From Octopus vulgaris (taxonomy: Eukaryota), in the NCBI GenBank assembly GCA_951406725.2, contig OX597825.1, positions 50,344,001 through 50,408,000 on the forward strand: a stretch of 64,000 nt of DNA, given 5' to 3'. The position numbers were made by a program, and so were the translations under genes. Shown piece after piece: positions 40,311 through 54,492 of this stretch. Every line of letters begins with the position of its first letter. Within the stretch, counting starts at the first letter, position 1. Below the pieces are notes generated by a model. The model saw only the letters and a list, made by a program, of their open reading frames with translations. It ran no database searches and had not been told where the DNA came from.

Positions 40311-40834
40311 TGATAAGACATGATAATGTGTGATGATATGTGGTAATATGTGTAAATATGCATAGAGTTAAAGTAACATTGACAACTACTCAGAACTAAA
40401 AACAAAACTGTAAATATGTCTTGCAAACTGTGCTACATATTAGTGTGTTGCAAATTATATTTCCAATTTGGCAATTATATTGATCTAAAATAATAATTAA
40501 TGCACAACAACTGGTGCATTCATATATGCAACAGGTGGAAATGCAGGTGGTGCAGCAAGCAGAGCTGATAGGATGCTGGCAAGTGAAGTGAAGCAGAGTC
40601 ATTCATATAAACAATATTGATATTCTGTAACAGAAGGGAAATGGATGGGGTGGAGATGTTAGTGCCTTATACATGATCGACAAATAATGAGAAGTATTTA
40701 AGAGAAAGTCAAACCTCTTTAATTTATGACAACAAATCATGTAAAATATTTACATAGGAGAAAAATAATAATGAGGTAGAATAGATATTGCGTAGAGTAT
40801 AGTGCTACTGAGGTTCTGATAGTGTGTGTGAGTA

Positions 40835-40891
<57 letters not shown>

Positions 40892-41615
40892 ATGTGTGTG
40901 TGTGTGTGTGCATGAGCAGAGTAAGGCAAAACAGCATTGTACAGATTCTACTGTGTCTGTGTCTGGTGTGTTTGCCAATGTACTTGTGTGTATGCGTGTG
41001 TACAGATGTATGTGTGTGCTCATGTGTATAGGTCAATCTGTATATGTGAACTTATATATAAGCGTTTGTGTGTGCCTACATTAAAATGCGTATATGTCTG
41101 TGCATGTATGTATACCTAGATGTAAATGCGTATACTGGTAATCATGTCAAATGTTAATTAAATGTCTAATTAATGTCAAAAATAAATATTTTTGAAATAT
41201 CTGAAATGAGTTATTGCTAATAGGATTATAATTTTTCAGAATATTACCGTCAGCTTAGGTTGTAATCCAGCCTAGTACTAAAGATGACTAGTTCTAATCC
41301 AGTCTGAGACTGTGTACATATTCAGGAGTAAGACATCTGATATTGATGAGATATTACACTGAGTGAAACAGTGTAGATAGAAGTATACAAGCTAGGTATG
41401 TCAAGATCTAATTCAGAATGGTGCTGTGTACACATCAAGGATTAATTCATCTAACGACAATAGAAGTTCAAATCAACTGAAGTAAAATATAGGTAGAAAC
41501 ATGCTCTAAATATTACTAGTTGTAATCTATAATGGTATTGTGAACACATACAAGAATAAGATACCTGATGATGATGAGAGATCAAACTAACAGGACTGCA
41601 ATGTAAAAAGAATCA

Positions 41616-42146
41616 TTGATTCCAATTTTGGAGCAGGGACAGAGCCGTTTAAGTTGCTCCACTGGTACTTATTTTATTAACCACAAAAGGATGAAAGGCA
41701 AAGTGAAATAGAAATGTTAATCTCAAATTTTGGCACAAGGTTAGCAATTTTGAAGAAACAGGGTAAGTTGATTAAATCGACCCAAGTAGTCAACTGGTAC
41801 TTATTTTATTGACTCTGAAAGGATGAAAGGCAAGGTCAACCTCAGCAGAATTTTAACATTAAGACAGACAAAATATCACTAAGCATTTTGCCCAGCATGC
41901 TAATGATTCTGCCAGCTCACTACCTTAATGTAAATAGAAATATTGGTTTCCAATTTTGGCACATGACCTGCAGGTTTGAGGAAGGCATAAGTCAATAACA
42001 TCAACTCCAGTGCTCAACTGGTACTTATTTTATCGACCATGAAAGGATGCAAGGCAGTCAACCTCAGCTGAATTTGTACTCAGACGGACAAAATACTGCA
42101 AAACATTTTGCCCAGCATGCTAATGATTCAGCCAGCTCACTGCCTT
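41616..42146 (-). mobile_element. three tandem SINE family B copies
   Basis: Repeated aattttggcac...ctggtacttatttta...aaaggatgaaaggcaa units. Confidence 0.8.
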
Positions 42147-42433
42147 AGTTGTAAATAGAAATATTAATATCATTTATCATCTCTAAATATGTAGTTTATA
42201 AACACACAATATCACCACCATTGTTTTAATGTCCATTTTTCTATGCTTGCATGGGCTGGTCAGAATTTATTGAGGCAGATATTTTGGGTCAGTTGCCCTT
42301 GTTATGACCAATCTTCACTTGCTTCTAAGAAAGGCTAGACATGTTTTGCAGAATACTGGAAATGGATTATACCATTTGGATGATGGTAACTTTCACTTAC
42401 AAGTATTGCAAAACAAAAGGACACTAATACACA

Positions 42434-42472
<39 letters not shown>

Positions 42473-43180
42473 ATCTATGCATATATGTAAACATACACAA
42501 TAGTGTTTTTCAGTTTCTGTGTACCAAACTACTCACAAAACTCTAGTAGAAGACAGTTGTTCAAGGTGCTATGGAAGTATCTTCCACTTTACCCCCAGAC
42601 CCACCAATCAAGAATAATATATATAATTATATTTGAAATGTTATTTAAAATTCTCAGTTCAGTAAGTATTTCTCTAAAGATATAATGACATTAAAAATAT
42701 TTTGTACACATTAAATATTTAGTTTATATATTGGAGGTCTGAATCAATGAATGAGCATCTATGTTGTTACTCACTCACCTGAAAATAAAAACTAAATATT
42801 TTTCAAGTGACACATTACTGTCTTAAAAATATGGAATGATACATTAGATGATGTGATTTTATGCTATTTCTGAATAAAAGAAGAGATAGTACCAGCTGGA
42901 ATATATTTGAGTTAGGCCTGCTACAGCATGGTTGAAATGGACTTAAACAACAATAAGAGCAATAACAAATATGAGACAATTTTATATGAGGTGAACCTTG
43001 TGGCATTTGTTCTGGCTTTTTGCAATCAAAGTTCAAATCCTACCAGAATCAACTTAGCTTTTCATTCTTTTGTTGTTGATAAAATAAGGTACCAGTCCAG
43101 AGTAATGAACTGAAAGAACTATAAGAACATCAGATGAGACAGCTTCTGATATTTCTTCTACACTTTTGATTAGTAGGGAC

Positions 43181-43910
43181 TTAACCCTTTGAATACCAAC
43201 CTGCCTGAGACCACCCTAAGTTCTATAACATAAACTTACTGTTCTATATTTAAGAGATGAGGAATTATGTACATCATTTACATTATTTACAATTGACAGA
43301 TATTTGTCCTCGTTTTGTTTGTTGTTAACACAACATTTTGTCTGATATACTCTCCAGCCTTCATCAGGTATTTTGGGGAAATTTTGAACCTGAGTTCTCA
43401 TTCCTAAGGTATTTTTCTATGTTGTTATTATTATTATTATTGTTATTATTATTATTATTATTATTCAGGTCACTGTCTGGAATCGAACTCCAAATCTTGG
43501 GGTTAAGAGCGTGGGCTACTAACCCCAAGATACCAAGTTCGATTCCAGGCAGTGACCTGAATGACAACAACAACAACAGCAGCAGCAGCAACAACAACAA
43601 CATCGAAAAATACCTTAGGAATGAGAACCCAGGTTTGAAATTTCCTCAAGACACGTGATGAAGGCTGGAGGGTATATCAGACGAAACGTGTTAACAACAA
43701 AGAAGATGAGGACAAATATCTGTCAATTGTAAATAATAAACTTACTGTTTTAAAGTGGTCTAAATAATGAACTTCCATCAAAATTTCATGTTAATTTGTT
43801 TCAGTCCCCAGCTTAATAATGAGAATATTTTACTACCTTCTTCATTATTCTAACAATTAATTGAAACAAAGGCAGCATATGTTAAGAGGAATATGGTAAC
43901 AAAGGGGATA
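43181..43910. mobile_element. TTAA-type MITE interrupted by a fold-back insertion
   Basis: Ends ttaaccctttgaatacc and ggtaacaaaggggata are imperfect inverted termini; split at a 14-bp duplication. Confidence 0.55.
43244..43735. mobile_element. fold-back retroposon with tRNA-like head and hammerhead motif
   Basis: Inverted arms 43282-43505 and 43520-43737; direct repeat ATAAACTTACTGTT at 43230-43243 and 43736-43749; GTTCGATTCC B-box; hammerhead motif at 43650-43692. Confidence 0.85.
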
Positions 43911-44360
43911 CTCCTGACACAGCAGCACTACAACATCCTTGGGTCTATTTAGCAGGCCAAGTCTCAGAGACCCTGAAAAAATAAAGGGTCATAGAAGCAG
44001 CCTTCCCTCTTTGAATAAGGATTAAAAACAATACAGCAAACAACTTACTTCATAGCCAGGAATTCAGCTTTCTGGAGTTTCTGTAATGTTTCTTGGAAAT
44101 GCCACAGGCTACTTGGTTGACAAACAAGTTACACACCTACTACTTAGTTATGAGGACATTGATAAGGATGTGATTTAGCTGTGAAAAGAAAAAGCAGGTA
44201 TTTCAGGAATGGTCAAATATCAAAATTTTGAAAGATCATTCTATAAAGTATATATAAAACATTATATCTATTGAGGTATACTCAACAATGTGCCTATAAA
44301 ATGTACACACCATATTCACATTATACATTGGGGTACATTCCACAAAATGTTTATAAAACA

Positions 44361-44754
44361 CTAGCAGTATCGCCCGGCGTTGCTCGGGTTTGTAAGGGAA
44401 ATAATTATATAAGCATTTTTAGAGATGTAAAGTATAATAGCCATCTCAATATGGCTAACCAGAAAGGGGGAGGGGTGTTACTGTAGCTTTTTACGTTCTG
44501 AGATTTAATAATAAATTTTAGAGAGTTACTTCCCTTATATATGTCAAAAATGGATTAAAAATGGGAAAAATTGATGGTAAATTTTTTTTAAATCGTAGAC
44601 TCATCGTAGACGCGCGCTAATACCCAGACGGGCTCGATATGAATCACGACTATAAGATACCCGGTTTTGGTTAAACTGCACCGCAAAATGTGGGAGTAGT
44701 TAGGAATCTAAATCGTAGGAGACAGACACACAACCTCACTTTTATGTATAAAGA
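44361..44754 (-). mobile_element. non-autonomous Helitron
   Basis: A|CTAG...GA|T ends on the + strand, hairpin cccggcgttgctcggg; first ~60 bp nearly identical to the 2541 copy. Confidence 0.8.
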
Positions 44755-44848
44755 TTTCCTCTATTTACATAATATTGAGGTCTCTTTCTTTCTTTTGTTA
44801 TCTTACTGTTTTTACCAATATACATATATATATATAAATATATATATA

Positions 44849-45170
44849 GTTACAGAGATGTACTTGCATAGCAAGTGACTTGATCTGAGATCGTGTGCTG
44901 CAACGAAAACAGTTGCAGCGTTGAAGGTGTTTATAAGCCATTTAAGAAACACACAAAAACCGTTAGATTCACTTCAACATTTAAATTTAATTTGTCAAAA
45001 TATTTTCGTCGCTTTGAGACCGCGAACTGTTAGCACAATATTTTTGTCAGTGAACAGGTCGCGGTCTGAAAGCGAGGAAAATATTTTGGCAAATTAAATT
45101 TAAATGTTGAAGTGAATCTAACGGTTTTGTGTGTTTCTTAAATGGCTTACAAACACCTTCCACGCTGCAA
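44849..45170. mobile_element. fold-back element inside (TA)n with variant hammerhead motif
   Basis: Inverted arms about 44913-45031 and 45053-45170; motif at 45044-45092. Confidence 0.8.
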
Positions 45171-45249
45171 TATATATATACACACATATATATATATGTA
45201 TGTATGTATGTATGTGTGTATATGTGTATGCATGTATGTGTGTGTGTGT

Positions 45250-45470
45250 GCGTGTCTGTGCTTGTGATTGTCCTCCACCACTGCTTGACAACGAATGTTG
45301 GTTTGTTTACATCTCTGTCACCTAGTGGTTTGACAAAGGAAACAGATAGAATAAGTACAATGCTTACAAAAATAAAACTGGAGTTTATTCATTAAACTAC
45401 AATTCTTCAAGGCATTGCCCCAGCATGGCCACAGACCAATGGCTGGAAAAAGCAGAAGAATAAAAGAATA
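45250..45470 (+). mobile_element. SINE family A, 3' half
   Basis: ccaccactgcttgacaac...gatagaataagtac...ccagcatggccacag. Confidence 0.65.
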
Positions 45471-45534
45471 CATTCTCTGCTTTGGTCTTATGTTCAAGGC
45501 ATGAGAAAGCTTGAGTTTACATGAGAAGGCCTAA

Positions 45535-45810
45535 CAGACCTGGTAGAAACAGCAGCCAAATCTCCCTCAAATCACACCTTACTGTCTTATGTATGTATAT
45601 ATATATGAACCAATGAGGGGGACCTCTACATGGTAGCTAGACCTGGTAGAAATAGCAGCCAAATTTCCCCCAAATCACACCTTACTGTCTTATCTATGTA
45701 TATATGTATGTATGAGCCTATGAGGGAGACCCCTACATGGCAGAAATAGCAGCCAAATCTCCCTCAAATCACACCGTACTGTCTTATGTATGTATGTATA
45801 TATATATACA
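45535..45810 (+). repeat. three tandem copies (about 100 bp) of a dispersed-repeat tail
   Basis: agaaatagcagccaaatctccctcaaatcacaccttactgtctta three times; the motif also occurs near 28170. Confidence 0.8.
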
Positions 45811-46614
45811 AGCCACTACGGTTATTTAATGTAAAGTCTTCCTCAAATCACTCTCTTGCTATTTACTCTCTTCCAAGAACATTTTCACTCACTCTTATCT
45901 CTTAGCTTGCCATACATTTTACTCATGTATCTATCAGCGTGATAGACAGAAACAAATATTACATCGTCATCGCCATCGCATTCTATTGTCTACCTGTCAA
46001 CACACACACAGTGAATTAGTTTCAGTTTATTCGTTGCACACTGTGTGTGCGTGTGCGTGTGGTGTAAACCACATTAAGAAAAGCATTTGACATACACACC
46101 AGAATGTGAGTTTTCTGTAAATTTTGCTTAATTGGAGTTTAAATTTTAAAAACTGGACCTGGCATGACTCGATGCATTCTACTCTTAAAAATGCTAGGTA
46201 AATTGTAATTGAAGAAATCCTATATTGTAGATTTCTATAACTGACAAAGGGAGGCAGATAAAATCTGCCTTTTATAATAAGAGATATGAGCCTATATACA
46301 TTATACACTGGGGTACAATCAGAAAAATACTTGAAATATTCTGACATCAAACCATTTATTATGACAGGCCTGTACATCATACTAATGATCTATAATGTAG
46401 CCACAACCCCACAATTCAACCTCAGGTGAGGACTACAATTTACTTCATCAATAATGAAAAGCAAACTTTATAAAATAAAGGGATGTTGCCAATTACTTAA
46501 TTAACTTAAGATATCATATCAAGCAGTCTACTGCTTCTGTCATCTACTCTTCAGCAATGATTTTGGAGGTTTCACATTTAAGGGGACAGGTATTATTAAT
46601 GTAATAGATATAGG

Positions 46615-47492
46615 ACATAAACGACCAGAACAAATACTGCAAGGCATTTTTTCCAACATTCTAATGATTGAGTCATTATTGCCTTTATAATAATCATGAT
46701 AATAATTCTTTCTAATTTTAGCACAAGACCAGCAATTTGAGGAGAGAGGCTAAGTTGATTACATCAACCCCCAGTACTTGAGAGGTATTTTATTTTATTG
46801 CCCCCACCAAAAAAAAAACATGAATGGCACAGTTGACCTTAGCAGGATTTAACCTCAGAATATAAAGAGTTGGAAGAAATGCAACAGTGTTTTGTCCAAT
46901 GCACTAATGATTCTGCTAGCTTTTCTACTGAAGTAATAAGGCCTGAAATTTTAGGGGGGGTGGAGCAAGTCGATACACTGATCCCAGCTCTTAACTGGTG
47001 CTTAGTTCAACAAAAAGATGAAAGGTAAAATTGACTCCAACAAAATTTTAATTCAGAACATCAAGAGGGATTAAATGCTGCTCAGCATTTTACCTGGTGT
47101 GCTAATGATTCAATCAACTCATCACCAAAATAATAATAATAATAATCCTTTCTATGATAGGCACAAGGCCTGAAATTTATGCGGAGTGGGTTAGTCAGTT
47201 ATATCAATCCCAGATGAAATACTGCTGAACATTTTATCTAGCATGCTAACAATTCGGTTATCTAACCACCATAAGAACAATAATGGTTTCAAATTTTGGT
47301 ACAAGGTCAGGTTTGGGGGAGGGTGCACATCAATTATATGAACACCAGTTATCAGTAGGTACTTATTTCATCGACACTGAAAGGATGAAAGGCAAAGTGA
47401 ACCTCAGGGGAATTTGAACTCAGAATATAAAGATGACCGAAATGCTGCTAAGCATTTTGGCCGGCCTGCTAAACATTTTTCCAACTCACCAC
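46615..47492 (-). mobile_element. cluster of about five SINE family B copies or fragments
   Basis: Repeated cacaaggcctgaaattt, aactcagaa and gcattt..gctaa blocks, all in one orientation. Confidence 0.75.
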
Positions 47493-48211
47493 CATGATGA
47501 TGATTATGATTCACATCAATATGGTAGGGATGTAAGATGTATTGTGTTATTATTTTTTATTTTTTCAATGTATAAAATATGAAATATGGAAGATATAGAA
47601 AGACACACAGATAAAAGAAATGGAACACAGCTGTTCTTAAGAATAAATAGTATTCTGGAAAAGTTTTCCTGCTGGAAGCCAACAGATATTCTATCAAAGA
47701 GAAGACTTCTTTCCCATCTTCTAATCACCATGGAACCACACTTAAACACTAGTTCCTACAACGAGTCTTTCATAGACTCAAAGAAACCTTGGCACTTTGA
47801 TTTACAGCAGAACCAAGCCGATATACTCCCAAAAGGTTTTGGCTGTTCTGAGAAACATGGTAATAGTTGAAACAACACCAAGAATGTCATAAACCTGATT
47901 AAATATACCGCACTGAGTTTAATATGTGAAAAACAAGAATTGTCTGTGTATTGTTATGTACAGGAATTTTAACAAAAGGTGAGGAAAAAAGAATTTATTT
48001 TCATTGAAATAAGATTTTCTCCATCCTTTGTTTTCTCATTTCATTGGCCTGCTGTTTTAACAAATAAATATTATCACAGCACACTACCAAGAGATTTGGG
48101 AATAATATGTATATATATATATTATGTACACGTATAAATAATATGTGTATATATATATATATATAAATATATACACACACACATATATATATATATATAC
48201 ATATCTTTGTC

Positions 48212-48440
48212 TTCTATTTTCTCTTTTACTTGTTTCAGTCATTTGATTATGGCCATGCTGGAGCACTGCCTTTTGTTGAGCAAATTGACCCCAGGACTTC
48301 TTATTCTTTGGAAGCCTAGTATTTTTTCTATAAGTCTCTTTCACTGAACCGCTAAATTACGGGGTCGTAAACACACCAGCATCGGTTGTCAAGCGATGTT
48401 GGGGGGACAAACACAGACACACTAACATATACACACACAT

Positions 48441-48515
<75 letters not shown>

Positions 48516-48678
48516 TAAAATGGCCTTCTTTCAGTTTCCGTCTACCAAATCCACTCACAAGGCTTTGCTCGGCCCTAGGCTATAATAGTAGAAGACATTT
48601 GCCCAAGGTGACACGAAGTGGGAATGAACCTGGGACCATGTGGTTGGTAAGCAAGCTACTTAGCACACACCCACTTCC

Positions 48679-48682
<4 letters not shown>
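48212..48682 (-). mobile_element. SINE family A, full copy with expanded central (TA)n
   Basis: Reverse complement of the family consensus. Confidence 0.85.
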
Positions 48683-51420
<2,738 letters not shown>

Positions 51421-52988
51421 TGTGTGGGGTGATGTGATGTGGTGTGGTGGTGTGTGGTTTGGTATGGGTACTGGTAAGTGGTCAATGCTAGTGTGTACAG
51501 GGTGGTGTGATGTGGTGTGGTGTGATGATGTGTTGTGTGTTGTGTTGTGGTGTGGTGTGGTGGTATGTGTATATATATGTATACAGTATACATACATATA
51601 TATAACAAATGAAAGACAGAAAATGGAATATATGAGAATTTATTATTAATCACGACAATTCTTTCGACACATCTAGCATCAATTTCTCTTGACACTCAAC
51701 AACTGGTTCAGGAGCATCTAGCAGTGCAGATGTATCTCGTTGGGTGATAAATAAATACAACTCGTTAAAATGACTGTTTCATAATATAACTTTCTGTTTT
51801 GTAGAGAGAAAAACGGCCAGACAGAGGAAATATCTTCATTTATATAGAAGATAAAAAATAAAATCACAGATGACAAAATGAGAAACGAACATGTAATCCA
51901 GTGAGAAAACTATTAGAAATAACCATTAACAAATATGGATGTATAAACGCCCTCAGGCAAGCTGCATGGTGCGAGTACATTCACTCATACAAGCATCCGC
52001 AAAAATGTGAACATAAGCACATGAGGTTTGGTGCACAAATTACAAAGTGAATTAGTTATTTACTCGGTGTTTATAAGAATGGGGAGCTTAAAAGTAAACG
52101 CCACAGAGCCTTGTCTACAGTTTTTACTTTTATTCATAATTTCTGCAACTCTACTCTCTGTTCCCTTTCTTTCTCTCTATCCCTCTATAATCATCTTTAT
52201 TTTCCATTTCTCCCCCTCCTTCTTTGTTGTCCCCTCTCTCTCTTTCTTCCACTCCATACTATCTTTCATTCCTTCTCTCTTCTCCTCACTCCCTTTGTTT
52301 CTTTCTCTCATCCTCTCTTTTGTTCCCCTACTCCTCTGCCTGTTTGCTCCCATGTGACTACAGGTCATTTCTCTCACCTCTGTCTTTTCTGGAAGTGACA
52401 TCCACTTGGACAGACATCATTTTACTCACCTCCTGACATTTTTTTCTCTCTTGATTTTCTCTTCTACCATTTTCTTCACTTCTATTTATTCTATTTCAAA
52501 ATTTGTCCCAGGTGTTACCCATCACAATACGTCTTGGCTTAACGGCCCTTAATATCTTCATCAATTGTTTACTCTGTATGTCCACTTTGTCGTTGTTTGT
52601 TAGTCCAAAGTTTTAACCCACTACAAATTTTATATTTTTTATATTTCTGGATGCTACTGTTTTATGACGGTTTCCTATCTTGTTGAAAACTTGAAATAGG
52701 GAATAATTAACAGTCAACAACTGAGGAGGAGTTAGACTTCTTTCGGTATTTTGTCCCATACTTGTCTCTCATTATGCGTTTACGTATTTTTCACTCATTG
52801 GTGATGTCCTGTTCTTATTGTGTATTTTTTAGTATTTTCTCCTGTACTTATCTCTTGAATGTCTACGTATTTTTCACGCATTGGTGATGTCCTGTACTTG
52901 ATGTATTTTATATTTATTTATTTATAACCAAATGCTACGCTGCCTTATCCATAGTAAAATTTTACTTATATATATATACATACATACA

Positions 52989-53815
52989 GGCGCAGGAGTG
53001 GCTGTGTGGTAAGAAGCTTGCTTTGAAACCACATGGTTCCAAGATCAGCCCCACTCCATGGCACCTTGGGCAAGTGTCATCTACTATGGCCTCAAACTGA
53101 CCAAAGCCTCGTGAGTGGATTTGGTAGATGAAAACTGAAAGAAGCCAAGAAGCCCATCGTATACATATATATATATATCATCATCATCATCATTTAGTGT
53201 CCGCTTTCCATGCTAGCATGGGTTGGACGGTTCAACTAGGGTCTGGGAAGCCAGAAGGCTGCACCAGGCCCAGTCTGATATGGCAATGTTTCTACGGCTG
53301 GATGCCCTTCCTAACACCAACCACTCCATGAGTGTAGTGGGTGCTTTTTATGTGCCACCGGCACGGGTACCAGACAGGGCTGGCAAACGGCCATGGTCAG
53401 ATGATGCTTTTTACGTGCCACCAGTACAGGGGCCAGGCGAGGCTGGCAACGGCCACGATCGGATGGTGCTTTTTACGTGCCACCGGCATGGAGGCCAGTC
53501 GGGGCGGTGCTGGCAACGGCCACGATCGGATGGTTCGTTTACGTGCCACCGGCACTGGTATCACAGCTGCAATTTCCATTGATGTTGATCGACTTCGATT
53601 TTGGTTCTGATATATATATATATATATATTTATGTGTGTGTCCGTGTTTGCCTCCCACCATTGTTTGACCACCGATGGTGGTGTGCTTCCAACCCTGTAG
53701 CTTAGTGTTTCAACAAAAGAGCCCAATAGAATAAGACATGGGGTTGATCTGTTCAACTAAAAGTGGTGCTCCAGTATGGCTGCAGTCAAAAGACTGAAAC
53801 AAGTAAAAGAATAAT
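52989..53815 (+). mobile_element. SINE family A interrupted by an RTE 3' end
   Basis: Head 52989-53160 and tail 53630-53815 around an insert in the central (TA)n. Confidence 0.8.
53177..53610 (-). mobile_element. RTE LINE 3' UTR fragment
   Basis: (CAT)n then tttccatgctagcatgggttggacgg and the ggtgctttttacgtgccacc array; matches 20238-20600. Confidence 0.8.
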
Positions 53816-53842
53816 AGAATATATATATTTATATATATATAG

Positions 53843-54044
53843 TGACGTATATTTGCCATTTAAATATGGCTAACCCCTAAGGGTGGATGCTACTGTAGCT
53901 TGTAGCCCCAGGAGGACAGACACCTCCTCCAGCTGGCTTTAGACACACTTTCTGTGCCCTATCAGTGTTTGCAAAGGGAAGCCATCCTTCCCGTCTTCAA
54001 CTTATGATACACACGGGCTCGAGTTTCTGGGTATTGACCCGTCA
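53843..54044. mobile_element. 202-bp element with TGACG...CGTCA ends inside (TA)n (short solo-LTR-like or MITE)
   Basis: 5-bp inverted ends, TA flanks, diverged relative near 39890-40065. Confidence 0.45.
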
Positions 54045-54174
54045 TATATATATATATTTATATATATTTTAAAAATAGGATAAAATCTTTATAAGAATTT
54101 ATCAAGTAGTTAGCGTGAAAAACCTCATAAGAGAAAAAAATCCATCAAGTTTTTCCACTTAAATATATTTATTT

Positions 54175-54367
54175 TTATTATATAGAGGACATTATTACAC
54201 ATAAATGCCATACGCTAGGAGGGACTGTTAAAGTCAAAACTACTAAAATAAACATATCGTAACGAAAGACTTGCTTTCGGTACAATATGTTTATTTTAGT
54301 AGTTTTGACTTTAACAGTCCCTCCTAGCGTGTGGCATTTATGTGTAATAATGCCCTCTATATAATAA
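54175..54367. repeat. near-perfect hairpin, 94-bp arms and 5-nt loop
   Basis: 54175-54268 is the inverted complement of 54274-54367; one-sided extension to about 54066; TA-rich flanks. Confidence 0.9.
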
Positions 54368-54492
54368 ATATATATATATACACACATATGCATTTATAAA
54401 TTAAGGATATAATCATTAAAATGGTTATATCAGTGGCTAGCATATAGAAAGTAACCATATCGGCAAAATAAATTTTACTGACACATATGTAA

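Noticed and set aside
43501-43550. Functional tRNA gene
   Set aside because: No complete acceptor stem or 5' end; it is the head of a repeat.
47586-47870. 94-aa non-repetitive ORF
   Set aside because: No recognisable domain and no convincing splice signals. It cannot be excluded without RNA data.
51804-51960. Plus-strand exon after ttctgttttgtag
   Set aside because: All three frames close quickly and only a GC donor is available.
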